Source: Dehalococcoidia bacterium
GTDB taxonomy: Bacteria; Chloroflexota; Dehalococcoidia; Lucifugimonadales; Australimonadaceae
NCBI GenBank assembly: GCA_965206315.1
Contig: OZ242210.1
Coordinates: 2,641,619-2,705,618 of the forward strand
Length of the DNA stretch: 64,000 nt
Direction of reading: 5' to 3'
In this document: positions 8,599 through 17,090 of the stretch, piece by piece
How positions within the stretch are numbered: position 1 is the first letter of the stretch
Layout of the letters: the number at the start of each line of letters is the position of its first letter
Notes under the pieces: model-generated
Told to the model about the DNA's origin: nothing
What the model saw: only the letters and a program-made list of their open reading frames with translations
Database searches by the model: none
Made by a program: the position numbers and the translations under genes

Positions 8599-9627
8599 GG
8601 TGAATTCACATTCGAAGTGCAACACCTAGTCTAGGACCTCGGCCGGGGTCCGGTAGCCGAGGCACTTGCGCGGCGTATTGTTGTAGGCCTGCACGAGCTC
8701 TGCAAACTGCTCGTCCGTCACAGTGACGAGGTCAGTCTTCCGTGGCAGCATCCGGCGCATCCTACCGATCGCATTCTCTACACCTCCCTTCTGCCACGGG
8801 GCGTGGGTGTCACAGAAGAAGGTCTCCATCCCAAGCGCGTGCAACTCGTGATGCCGCGCGAACTCCGTCCCGTTGTCGAACGTCACCGTTCGGCGCAGTT
8901 GCGGCGGGAACCTTCCCAATGCCCCCGACATCACACGGGCAATCGGCCCCGAGGCCTTTCCCGGAGGACGCACCGCAATCAGCAGCCGCGAATGCCGCTC
9001 ATGCAGCGTCAACACAGCCTGGCCGTAGGTACTGAACAGCATCAGGTCCGCCTCCCAGTGCCCAGGCTCTCGCCGGTCTGCTGCCGATGCAGGCCGCTCC
9101 GAGAGCGGTCGACGCAGACGGATGAACGAGGCCGGACTGCCTCCCCCGCGCCCGCGCCGGCCCCGCTTCGACTTCCCTCGCGGCAGGTAGTGGCGCCACG
9201 TGTAGTCCTTCGTCCGTCTGATCTGCCCGTAGATGAACCGGTAGATGCTCTCGTGGGAGATGATGCGTCTGCCTTTCACCAGGGCGAGTCGGTTCACGAC
9301 TTCCTCCGGCGACCACCCTCTCCCAAGGGCGGCAAGCACCTCTGCGCGCAGAGGACCATCACGCTCCAGCCGTGCTCCGCTCCAACGACGGGCTCGCGCC
9401 TGCTGTTCTGCATACCGTGGCTGATAGCCATCCCTCCTCGATCTGTTGCGCTTCAGTTCCCGAGCAACCGTCGATGGCGCGCGATCCAGAGCTGCAGCGA
9501 TTTGCCGGACCGAGTGTCCCTCGGCTTGTAAGCGGGCAATCGCACACCGCTCTTCAATGGAGACCTGCTGATAGTGCTTTCCCATGGCAACACCCTAATG
9601 AGGTGTTGCACTTCGTTTGTGAACTTA
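8599..9627 (-). mobile_element. IS30-family insertion sequence, copy 2 (about 1.03 kb), inserted in a family-A hairpin
   Basis: IRs ttcacattcgaagtgcaacacc (8605-8626) and ggtgttgcacttcgtttgtgaa (9602-9623) are the same as in copy 1. GGGAA is on both flanks (8594-8598 and 9628-9632). Confidence 0.85.
8626..9585 (-). CDS. IS30 family transposase (diverged paralogue of 4792-5802)
   Basis: 319-aa ORF collinear with copy 1. It is clearly related but diverged (roughly two-thirds identical by eye) and carries the same HTH and DDE motifs. Confidence 0.9.
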   Translation of the reverse strand: MGKHYQQVSIEERCAIARLQAEGHSVRQIAAALDRAPSTVARELKRNRSRRDGYQPRYAEQQARARRWSGARLERDGPLRAEVLAALGRGWSPEEVVNRLALVKGRRIISHESIYRFIYGQIRRTKDYTWRHYLPRGKSKRGRRGRGGGSPASFIRLRRPLSERPASAADRREPGHWEADLMLFSTYGQAVLTLHERHSRLLIAVRPPGKASGPIARVMSGALGRFPPQLRRTVTFDNGTEFARHHELHALGMETFFCDTHAPWQKGGVENAIGRMRRMLPRKTDLVTVTDEQFAELVQAYNNTPRKCLGYRTPAEVLD

Positions 9628-9662
9628 GGGAATCTCGTATCCCTTACCCCTATACTCAACGC

Positions 9663-9974
9663 ATGACCTCTACACCCCGCCAAATCCGCCAGCCCTGCGT
9701 CTACCCCATCACCAGCAGACCCGGCGGTCCACTCTACGTGGGCGTCACGTCCAACCTCATTCAGCGCGTCTGGCAGCACAAGTCCCACTTTGCGCAAGGG
9801 TTCACAGACCGCTATAACATTGCCAGGCTCGTGTGGTTCGAGCAGCACGAAACTATGGAGAGTGCCATCACGCGGGAGAAGGCGATCAAGAAGTGGAATC
9901 GCGCTTGGAAAGAAGAACTGATCGAGGGGCAGAACCCTTCCTGGCATGACCTCTGTGACGACATCTGCCGATAG
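9663..9974 (+). CDS. GIY-YIG nuclease family protein (small stand-alone URI-domain type)
   Basis: MTSTPRQIRQPCVYPITSRPGGPLYVGVTSNLIQRVWQHK...REKAIKKWNRAWK shows the GIY-YIG motifs, the conserved Arg and the Glu. Confidence 0.85.
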   Translation: MTSTPRQIRQPCVYPITSRPGGPLYVGVTSNLIQRVWQHKSHFAQGFTDRYNIARLVWFEQHETMESAITREKAIKKWNRAWKEELIEGQNPSWHDLCDDICR

Positions 9975-9978
9975 GCTG

Positions 9979-10006
9979 CGAGATTCCCGCTTTCGCGGAA
10001 TGACGG
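9979..10006. repeat. family-A hairpin in inverted orientation (right inverted repeat of GIY-YIG unit 1)
   Basis: cgagattcccgctttcgcggaatgacgg. Its reverse complement, ccgtcattccgcgaaagcgggaatctcg, matches the reconstructed left unit (8576-8598 plus 9633-9637) except for one base. Confidence 0.85.
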
Positions 10007-10082
10007 ATAACCTCGGCGCCAATAGCAAGCCGCGGTCGCGGAGATACCTGGCCCACAGCCAGCATCGCATAGGAGCGAGAAC

Positions 10083-10814
10083 ATGGAACCACTCCTCTGG
10101 CGCAAGCGCATAGGCCTCATCACCACCAGCGGACAGGTCGTCACCGAGCCGCGCTACTACCAGCTTGCTCCGGCCGGCGTCACCTTCCACACCTCCCGCA
10201 TGCTCCACACCGGCGGCGAGGACGGCCTCATCCGCATGGAACAGAACGCTCCCCGCGCCATCGAGGAGTTGGCCACTGCGGACGTCGACGCCATCGCCTA
10301 CTGCTGCACCGTCAGCGGCGCGATGCGAGGCATCGACGAGGATCGCAATTTCTGCGACGACATCTGGGCGAACACCGGTATCCCCGCGACCTCCACGATG
10401 CTCGCCTGCGCCGAAGCGCTCCAGCACCTCGGCGCGAAGCGCATCGTCCTCACGAGCCCCTACGTCGACAGCCACAACGAGCACGAGGCGGCCTACCTCC
10501 GCGAGGCGGGCATCGAACCCGTCCTCATGCGCGGCATGGGCCTCACGTCCGGGAAGGAGTACTGCCGGGTGACGCCGGACGAGATACGCAGCTTCTGCCT
10601 CGACGCCTGGCAGGAGGCTTACGCGCTCTGGCCGGACGCCCTCTTCGTGAGCTGCATGAACTACGACGCCATCGCCGTCGCCGAGAACCTAGAGCAGATC
10701 ATCGGCAAGCCGGTCGTCACCTCGCACACCGCCACCCTCTGGCGCGCCCTCGCCCTCGCCGGCATCCACGACCCCATCGAAGGCGCCGGCTCCCTCCTCG
10801 CCGACACCCGCTAG
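10083..10814 (+). CDS. maleate cis-trans isomerase / arylmalonate-decarboxylase-like protein (Asp/Glu/hydantoin racemase superfamily)
   Basis: 243-aa ORF with AGGAG upstream. Two candidate catalytic Cys lie in the contexts AYCCTVSG and FVSCMNYD, as in maleate isomerases. Confidence 0.75.
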   Translation: MEPLLWRKRIGLITTSGQVVTEPRYYQLAPAGVTFHTSRMLHTGGEDGLIRMEQNAPRAIEELATADVDAIAYCCTVSGAMRGIDEDRNFCDDIWANTGIPATSTMLACAEALQHLGAKRIVLTSPYVDSHNEHEAAYLREAGIEPVLMRGMGLTSGKEYCRVTPDEIRSFCLDAWQEAYALWPDALFVSCMNYDAIAVAENLEQIIGKPVVTSHTATLWRALALAGIHDPIEGAGSLLADTR

Positions 10815-10817
10815 CCC

Positions 10818-11042
10818 TCGTCATTCCCGCCCGGGCGGGAATCCCGCCTGATCCCTTCCCCCTTGATGGGGGAAGGTTAGGATGGGGGTGAGCCCGGCTC
10901 GGTGGGCGTGGGGGTTCGTCGTGGGGGCGCGGCGCCCTTGTCATTTCGAGCGGAGCGCAGCGAAGTCGAGAAATCTCTCGGCCCGCCTCTTCTCCTCTCC
11001 CTCAGGAGAGGCCAACGCACTTTAGCGTGTGGGTGAGGGCCC
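10818..11042. repeat. intergenic repeat cluster (A, E, D, B families)
   Basis: The cluster contains cgtcattcccgcccgggcgggaatcc, cccttcccccttgatgggggaagg, ttgtcatttcgagcggagcgcagcgaagtcgagaaatctctcgg and cctctccctcaggagaggccaacgcactttagcgtgtgggtgagggcc. Confidence 0.9.
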
Positions 11043-11114
11043 CCACGGCAGCGAGAGCCGTGGCGCGGGCTGTGCTATCGTGGCCGGGCGATTCCATTGA
11101 TGGGAGAGTGCTCG

Positions 11115-12230
11115 ATGCCGTACTTGCTATCCAACGAAGATGTCGAACAAGTGCTGGATATGGAGACATCCGTGCGGGCACTGGAAAGTGCAGTGCGGGA
11201 ATGGGCGCACGGAAACGCTGCGGCCGTTCCAAGGCACAACTTCTTCGCTCCGGGGGGCCGCGAGGGGGAAGTATTCCAGTTCGGCGTCATGTCTGGCGGC
11301 AGCAAGGACGACCAGCTTTACTGCCTGCGCATCCTGGACGACGTCCTCTACTACCAGCGCGAGGGGGACCTGCTGACCAGGGAGAAGTACTGCATCGAGC
11401 CGGGCACCTACTGCGGGCTGCTCCTCCTCTTCTCCACGGCCAATGGTGAGCTCCTTGGGATCATGCCCGATGGCATCATTCAGCATATGCGAGTGGCCGG
11501 CGAGACGGCCGTAGGGGTGGACATCCTCGCCAACAGCGATGCTTCCACCATCGGGATGCTGGGCTCCGGAGGCATGGCTCGCAGTTTCGCCGAAGCCATC
11601 TCCGTGGTCCGCGACATCCGCAGCATCAAGGTGTACAGCCCTACCCGGGAGCACCGGGAGGAATATGCACGCGAAATGGCGGAGAGGCTGAACATCGAGG
11701 TGCAGGCCGTGAACGGGCCGCAAGAGGCGATCCGGGGGACCGAGATCGTGTGCCTCTGTACGGACTCGTTGCGCCCCGTCATGTCCGCTGAGTGGATGGA
11801 GCCTGGTCAACTCGTTATCTCCGTGGGTGGCGGCGGTGGCTTGCTGGACGTCGGTGGAGACATGTCCCTCTTTCAGGGGTTCTTCGCCATCTCCACGGAC
11901 GACCTCGCGTCTGCGGAGGACCGAGGGGGCGGTTACATGATCGGGTATTCCTACTTTGCAGGGCAGCCCCAGGACTTCGGAGCGATCCCGCAGGAGGCTT
12001 GGTGGCCCACTCCGGAAGAGCACAACAGGGGGGTGACCCGGCTACTGGACGTTATGAGCGGGGCAGCGACAGGCCGTTCCAGCAGGGAAGACATCCTCCA
12101 TCTATGGGGAGGGGGTTATACGACCGTGGGGTTCTCCGCCTTGGCGGGCATCGTCTATCGGGCGGCAAAGGAGAAGGGGTTGGGACAGCAGATACCCCTG
12201 GATTGGTTCGTCCAGAAGGTGCGTGACTAG
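11115..12230 (+). CDS. ornithine cyclodeaminase / mu-crystallin family protein
   Basis: Rossmann motif GMLGSGGMARS and the overall OCD-like layout. The start is placed at ATG 11115 (a GGAGAG-like RBS lies 6 nt upstream); the track ORF starts at TTG 11097. Confidence 0.8.
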   Translation: MPYLLSNEDVEQVLDMETSVRALESAVREWAHGNAAAVPRHNFFAPGGREGEVFQFGVMSGGSKDDQLYCLRILDDVLYYQREGDLLTREKYCIEPGTYCGLLLLFSTANGELLGIMPDGIIQHMRVAGETAVGVDILANSDASTIGMLGSGGMARSFAEAISVVRDIRSIKVYSPTREHREEYAREMAERLNIEVQAVNGPQEAIRGTEIVCLCTDSLRPVMSAEWMEPGQLVISVGGGGGLLDVGGDMSLFQGFFAISTDDLASAEDRGGGYMIGYSYFAGQPQDFGAIPQEAWWPTPEEHNRGVTRLLDVMSGAATGRSSREDILHLWGGGYTTVGFSALAGIVYRAAKEKGLGQQIPLDWFVQKVRD

Positions 12231-12246
12231 AAGCCCGGCTCTGCCT

Positions 12247-12294
12247 CACGACCCCATCGAAGACGCAGGCACCCTCCTCGCCGATACCCGCTAG
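12247..12294. repeat. 48-bp relic copy of the 3' end of the maleate-isomerase-like gene (compare 10767-10814)
   Basis: 44 of 48 positions are identical, including the stop codon. It encodes HDPIEDAGTLLADTR* versus HDPIEGAGSLLADTR*. Confidence 0.85.
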
Positions 12295-12437
12295 CGCGCG
12301 GGTGAGGGCCCTGAGTGCGGTGCGGAGGTGGGTTGTCATTTCGAGCGGAGCGCAGCGGAGTCGAGAAATCTCTCAGGAATCGCCCGCTCATGGTGAGCCT
12401 GACGAACCACCCGTCGTTCCTGCGCAGGCAGGAACCT
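12295..12437. repeat. intergenic repeat cluster (B tail, D, F, A' families)
   Basis: The cluster contains gcgcgcgggtgagggccc, ttgtcatttcgagcggagcgcagcggagtcgagaaatctctcagg, cgctcatggtgagcctgacgaaccaccc and gtcgttcctgcgcaggcaggaacc. Confidence 0.9.
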
Positions 12438-12450
12438 CACAGCCATCCTC

Positions 12451-13359
12451 TCACACCTTCCGCGAGTACGCCGTGATGCCGTCCGACCAGTCGAACCGCC
12501 GCGCGACCTTGTGCATCGCGCGCAGGAACGGCGCAGCCGGGCCGATCAGCCGCATCTTGTGCAGCAGGCGCACCGGCGCGTAGAGCCCCTCGTTGGTCTC
12601 GTCCGCGTCCACGACCCCGGCCAGCGTCGCGGTCTCGGTCGCGCGGAACGTTTCGAATCCTACGTCAGCCAGCATCCGCGTCAACGTGCGCCGCGAGAAG
12701 TAGTAGACGTGCTCCGGCATGCTGTAGTGCCGCCAGCGAGCCCCCACGATGCGCGGCCACAGCCCTTCGATGTCGTGCGTCCCGACGATGAGCACGCCAC
12801 CCGGTTTCAGCAGCCGGTGCACCTGGCGCAGCACGCTTTTCGGGTCGGGCAGATGCTCGATCGTCAGCAGCATCGTCGCGAGATCGACGCTGTCCGGCGG
12901 CAGGTCCACGTCGTCCAGCGTGCCGGTGAAGACGTCGAGCCCGAACTCGCGGCGAGCGTACTCCGTCGCGTACGCCGACACGTCCACGCCGTAGGGCGTC
13001 CAGCCCCGTTGACGTAGCTGGTCGAGCACGACGCCCATGCTGCAGCCGACGTCCAGCGCCACGCCCGGTGTGACGTCCTTCAGCGGACGCAGCAGCTCGC
13101 CGACCAGGAAGCGCAGGTGGTTCGTCAGCGCCATGTAGTTCGAGTACCCGACGTGAAGGTCGTCGTAGTCGCTGCCGCCGCCGTAGTAGGAATCGTCATA
13201 GATCGTCGCGAGCTCGGACGCTACAGGGCGCGGGTTGATGAACACCAGTCCGCACTCGTTGCACCGCACGACCGTGTACCCCTTGATCACGTGCAGCGGT
13301 GAATGCTCCTCCGACCCGCACAGGTTGCACGCCACCGTCTCGAATCGCTCCTCTGTCAT
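12451..13359 (-). CDS. class I SAM-dependent methyltransferase with an N-terminal zinc-ribbon
   Basis: CNLCGS...CNECG ribbon and the SAM motif LDVGCSMG. The start is placed at the second ATG (13359), 7 nt after GGAGG. Confidence 0.85.
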   Translation of the reverse strand: MTEERFETVACNLCGSEEHSPLHVIKGYTVVRCNECGLVFINPRPVASELATIYDDSYYGGGSDYDDLHVGYSNYMALTNHLRFLVGELLRPLKDVTPGVALDVGCSMGVVLDQLRQRGWTPYGVDVSAYATEYARREFGLDVFTGTLDDVDLPPDSVDLATMLLTIEHLPDPKSVLRQVHRLLKPGGVLIVGTHDIEGLWPRIVGARWRHYSMPEHVYYFSRRTLTRMLADVGFETFRATETATLAGVVDADETNEGLYAPVRLLHKMRLIGPAAPFLRAMHKVARRFDWSDGITAYSRKV

Positions 13360-13419
13360 CGGCATACCTCCGTGTTCGGTCTGGTGAGTGGGCTGTGGCG
13401 ATGGAGGGCTGGCCTAATT

Positions 13420-13824
13420 TCATGGGATTGTTGGCACACCCTCCGCCTCGGCTGCACGCTTGAGCGCAGTATCGAGGGTCCCCAGCGTTGCTTGGCGCCG
13501 CCGCGCCAGTTCCAGGTAGAGCGCATCGTAGAACGTCAACCCGTGCGCCCTGCACAAGGCAAGGGTAGCGTCGAAGTCAGGCGACTCGTCGACGTTCAGC
13601 GGCAACTGTGTAAGCAAGGCGAACCACAGATCGACTCGCCCGCTCGGTATCCGCCCTCGCCGTTCGTTCGTAACGAGGGCATTCCGCACCTCTGCATCCC
13701 ACCAGCGGGGGATGATGGTCTCATCGCTGCGCAGGAGCGATGAGACCACAGCGATTTCTGGTTCCGGCCTCTCGCCGGGGACTAGTCCTATGGTCAGCGA
13801 TGCGTCGAGGACGTACCCGCTCAC
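13420..13824 (-). CDS. vapC: PIN-domain toxin (VapC-like)
   Basis: YVLDASL... ...FYDALYLELA pattern of a PIN domain. The GTG start at 13824 overlaps the antitoxin stop (GTGA); the track ORF extends to 13857. Confidence 0.8.
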   Translation of the reverse strand: MSGYVLDASLTIGLVPGERPEPEIAVVSSLLRSDETIIPRWWDAEVRNALVTNERRGRIPSGRVDLWFALLTQLPLNVDESPDFDATLALCRAHGLTFYDALYLELARRRQATLGTLDTALKRAAEAEGVPTIP

Positions 13825-14099
13825 GCGTCGCGCCCCTCCCGTATCAGAGCAACCCATTCCTCGACCGACGGGCCGGACAGGTTAGCCTCATCCCTGGCCT
13901 TTTCGAAGTCTGCCCACGCCTTTTCGCGAGCCGCGCGGGTCTCCGGGTCGGTGGCGGCGATGCGGGCCAGGAGAGCGCCATCCCGCGTGATGACGAGTTC
14001 GCCCCCACGCGCGTCGAGCTCGGCTATGACTTCCGCGTAACGCTCGATGAACTCTTTCTCCGATATCGTGTACTCTGCAGTTTTCTTCTTGGTGGCCAT
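13821..14099 (-). CDS. type II antitoxin (Phd/YefM-like), partner of the PIN toxin
   Basis: 92-aa ORF directly upstream of and overlapping the PIN gene. The segment GGELVITRDGALLARI is typical of Phd/YefM-type antitoxins. GGGAGA lies upstream. Confidence 0.7.
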   Translation of the reverse strand: MATKKKTAEYTISEKEFIERYAEVIAELDARGGELVITRDGALLARIAATDPETRAAREKAWADFEKARDEANLSGPSVEEWVALIREGRDA

Positions 14100-14178
14100 G
14101 ACCTGTCTCCCACCAGTGTCGGTCTAAGCCATTATCCCACAGCCTGTCCCTGCCCTCCCCAGCAGTGGGTGTCCTGCC

Positions 14179-15888
14179 TCACCCTGCTTCGTTGCCATAC
14201 GGCGGACGCATCGTGTGCCAGGGCGTCGCCTGCTCGTAGGCGTGCGCGATTCGGAAGATCGACGTCTCGTCGAAGCGCTTCGCCATTACGTGCAGCCCTA
14301 TCGGCAGACCGTCGTCGGAGAAGCCCATCGGCACCGACATCGCCGGCGCGCCGGAGTAGTTCGCGGGCGTGTGGAAGCCGTACTTCCGCATCTGCTCCAC
14401 CGCCGCCTCCTTCGTCGGAGGCTCGCTCTTCGTGTCAGCGATGCGCGGCGGGAACTGCGCGTACGCCGGGGCCACCGTCACGTCAAAGCGCTCCAGTATC
14501 CCGAGCGCCTGCGCCCGCAACCGGCCCCGCAGCTGCAGCGCCCGCTGGTATGTCGCCGCAGGGACGAGCGCCGAGATGAGCGTGTTCCGCCGCACCCCCG
14601 CGTCGTACAGCTCCGGCGTCGCGTTCAGATGCGTCCACTGCAGCGCCACGCGCGGCGAGTGCAGCGCGTTGTTGATGAGCGCCGTCATCGTCATCAGCGA
14701 CATTGACACCTCCTCGACCTCCGCGCCGAGCGACCGCAGCACGCCCACGGCGTCGAGCGTCAGCTGGCGGATGCGCGGGTCCAGGTGCGGCGCATCTATC
14801 GCCTCCTTGATGACCGCGACCCGCATCCCGCGGATATCGCCGTCGAGCCATGAGGAATATTGGGGCACCGGCAGCCGCGCCGACATCAGGTCGTTCGCGT
14901 CGAACCCGGCGACCGCCTCCAGCAGCAGCGCACAGTCCGCGACCGACCGCGCGATGGGCCCCGCCGTGTCCTGGTTCCAGCTGCTCGCGATCATCCCGTG
15001 CGTGCTCACCCGCCCGAGCGTCGGGCGTATCCCCACGGCCCCGTTGCACGACGCCGGACGCCGTATCGACCCGCCCGTATCCTCGGCCAGCGACCCCGCG
15101 CAGAGGCCCGCCGCGACCGCGATACCGGAGCCGGTGCTCGACCCGCCCGCGTCGTGCTCCAGGTTCCACGGGTTGCGCGGCTGGCCGTACGGGAACACCC
15201 ATGTCACCGGCGCAGCGAACTCCGTCATGTTCAGCTTGCCCAGCATCACCGCGCCCGCTTCGTGGAACCGCGCGATGGGCGTCGCGTCGAAGTCCGGCAC
15301 GAACTCCGAGAGGATGCTCGAGCCGCACGTCGTCAGGATGTCCTTCGTGTAGAACTCGTCCTTATGCGCGAGCGGGATGCCCGCCAGCGGTCCCACAGCC
15401 TCACCCCGTGCCAGCGCCTCGTCCGCTTTCGCCGCCTGCTCCAGCGCGAGCTCCGCCGTCACCGTCACGTATGAGCGCAATTCGCCGTCGAACCGCTCGA
15501 CGCGGTCGAGGTACATCCGCGTCAGCTCCACCGACGACACCTGTCGCGTCCGCAGCAGGTGCGCCAGTTCCGTGATCGGCTTGTACGCCATCGGGTGATC
15601 GGAGCTTTCCGTCAGCTTAGGTCCCGTCCGCCCTGAACCTGCTCTCTCCACCTCGCCCTCTGGGAGAGGTCGCCGCGCAGCGGCGGGTGAGGGTGACTCC
15701 GGCGCCTCTGCCGGGTACTGCAACGCAGGCAGCGGTTCGACCCCGTACAGGTCGTGCTCGTCGAGCACTTCCAACCCTTCGCGCAACGCGTTGAACTGCA
15801 CCGTCAGCGGCTCGACGTCCTCGTCCAGCAGCCGCAGCCCCGCTACCTTCGCCAGCTCTCGAAACTCATCCGGCGTGATGTCTGCCAT
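14179..15888 (-). CDS. amidase-signature enzyme fused in frame to an N-terminal GatC-like module
   Basis: One uninterrupted 569-codon ORF. A strong RBS (AAGGAG) lies 7 nt before ATG 15888. Residues 1 to about 58 (ITPDEFRELAKVAGLRLLDEDVEPLTVQFNALREGLEVLDEHDLYGVEP) look like GatC/AtzG. The amidase core starts near MAYKPITEL (ATG 15591) with GGSSTGSG and the Ser-cisSer-Lys context. The linker includes a 45-bp family-B repeat (15651-15695). Confidence 0.85.
   Translation of the reverse strand: MADITPDEFRELAKVAGLRLLDEDVEPLTVQFNALREGLEVLDEHDLYGVEPLPALQYPAEAPESPSPAAARRPLPEGEVERAGSGRTGPKLTESSDHPMAYKPITELAHLLRTRQVSSVELTRMYLDRVERFDGELRSYVTVTAELALEQAAKADEALARGEAVGPLAGIPLAHKDEFYTKDILTTCGSSILSEFVPDFDATPIARFHEAGAVMLGKLNMTEFAAPVTWVFPYGQPRNPWNLEHDAGGSSTGSGIAVAAGLCAGSLAEDTGGSIRRPASCNGAVGIRPTLGRVSTHGMIASSWNQDTAGPIARSVADCALLLEAVAGFDANDLMSARLPVPQYSSWLDGDIRGMRVAVIKEAIDAPHLDPRIRQLTLDAVGVLRSLGAEVEEVSMSLMTMTALINNALHSPRVALQWTHLNATPELYDAGVRRNTLISALVPAATYQRALQLRGRLRAQALGILERFDVTVAPAYAQFPPRIADTKSEPPTKEAAVEQMRKYGFHTPANYSGAPAMSVPMGFSDDGLPIGLHVMAKRFDETSIFRIAHAYEQATPWHTMRPPYGNEAG
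15651..15695. repeat. family-B-like repeat embedded in frame in the GatC-like/amidase ORF
   Basis: cctcgccctctgggagaggtcgccgcgcagcggcgggtgagggtg is 45 bp (15 codons). It matches intergenic B-type units such as 24881-24910 and 44601-44640. Confidence 0.8.
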
Positions 15889-15909
15889 CGGTCAACTCCT
15901 TCGTTATCC

Positions 15910-16100
15910 ATCGTTCCTGCAAAGGCAGGAACCTCGCTTGGTTCCCTCGCCCTCTGGGAGAGGGAAACGCGCTTCAGCGCGAGGGTGAGGGTGAACCAGA
16001 CGCGGGGCGCAGCCCCCGTCGTTCCTGCGGAGGCAGGAACCCCGCCTTCTCCCCTCTCCTGAGGGAGAGGGCAGCGCGCTTCAGCGCGCGGGTGAGGGCC
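15910..16100. repeat. intergenic repeat cluster (A', B, A', B)
   Basis: The cluster contains atcgttcctgcaaaggcaggaacc, cctcgccctctgggagagggaaacgcgcttcagcgcgagggtgagggtg, gtcgttcctgcggaggcaggaacc and cctctcctgagggagagggcagcgcgcttcagcgcgcgggtgagggcc. Confidence 0.9.
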
Positions 16101-16110
16101 CTGTTGCCCC

Positions 16111-16872
16111 TCACCAGGTCTCCCTGCCCCCATTCACCAGGATCATCTGCCCGGAGATGAACCGCGCGTCGTCCGTGAATAGGAACGTCATCACCCCCGC
16201 GAGGTCGTCCGGCACCCCGCGGCGCAGCATCGACGACTCCGGCTCCGGGTACGCCTCTTCTGCCGACAGCGGCTCCTCGGTGTCCGAGGTCGTGTTGCCC
16301 GGCGCAACGGTCACGACGTTGATGTTGTACTGCCCCAGTTCCCGCGCGACGGCCCGCGTGATGCCCGTGATCGCCGACTTCGACCCCACGTACTGGACGT
16401 TCGTCGCGTTCGCCGACCTGGCGATGCGGAGCGTGCTGCCGGAGCTCACGTTGACGATGGTGCCGGAGCCCTGCTCCCGCATGTACGGGTACACCGCCCG
16501 GATGCCGAGGAACGTGCCCCGCGTGTTCACCGCGAATACCCGGTCCCACATGGTCATGTCGACGTCCATCAGCGACGCGTACTCCAGCCCGTGCCGCGTC
16601 GTGATGCCCGCGTTGTTCAGCAGGCCGTCGATGCGCCCGAAGCGCTCGTGCGTCTGCCGCGCCATCTCGAGCGTGTCCTCCTCCGATGATACGTCGACGC
16701 GCAGCGGCAGCACCTCGGCGCCCCGCGCCTCGCAGAGCGATGCCGTCTTCGAGAGGTCGGCGATGTCCGCAAGCGTCAGCTTCGCCCCCTCCTCCGCCAG
16801 CCGCGTCGCGTACCTCCGTCCCAACCCGGACGCCGCCCCCGTCACGATGATCACCCGGTCCTGCAACAGCAT
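16111..16872 (-). CDS. SDR family oxidoreductase
   Basis: TGAASGLG cofactor motif, NNAG, and the Ser/Tyr-x3-Lys context (YVGSKSA). GAGGAGG RBS. Confidence 0.9.
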   Translation of the reverse strand: MLLQDRVIIVTGAASGLGRRYATRLAEEGAKLTLADIADLSKTASLCEARGAEVLPLRVDVSSEEDTLEMARQTHERFGRIDGLLNNAGITTRHGLEYASLMDVDMTMWDRVFAVNTRGTFLGIRAVYPYMREQGSGTIVNVSSGSTLRIARSANATNVQYVGSKSAITGITRAVARELGQYNINVVTVAPGNTTSDTEEPLSAEEAYPEPESSMLRRGVPDDLAGVMTFLFTDDARFISGQMILVNGGRETW

Positions 16873-16994
16873 CGCACCCTCCTCAACGTGCCTTCGGCAC
16901 GCGTCATCCTACACCGTTGCCGAACTCACTATTCCAGCCAGCGACGTCGGTCCACAACTACGTCATTCCCGCCACCGGCGTCGGCCCACAATTA

Positions 16995-17023
16995 CGTCAT
17001 TCCAGCGAAAGCTGGAATCCAGG
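16995..17023. repeat. family-A hairpin, left inverted repeat of GIY-YIG unit 2
   Basis: cgtcattccagcgaaagctggaatccagg. The exact reverse complement recurs at 17444-17472. Confidence 0.9.
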
Positions 17024-17090
17024 CGCGTTAGCGCACGCAGCGGCTCAGCGAGCCGCTCGCAACATCCCGCCGTCGGCTACACTCCCCTCC

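Noticed and set aside
4813-9627. Composite transposon formed by the two IS30 copies around DUF433-MFS-amidohydrolase
   Set aside because: Both IS are in the same orientation and share IRs, so this was considered. However, each IS has flanks that rebuild a single contiguous hairpin unit of its own. For copy 2 this is confirmed by the matching right inverted repeat of the GIY-YIG unit. That indicates two independent simple insertions. The transposases are also strongly diverged.
15591-15591. Treating the amidase as a separate gene starting at ATG 15591, with an independent upstream gatC-like gene
   Set aside because: This is not fully rejected. However, there is no in-frame stop between 15888 and 15591, and the only strong RBS precedes 15888. 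The sequence as given therefore encodes a fusion, and internal initiation remains possible.
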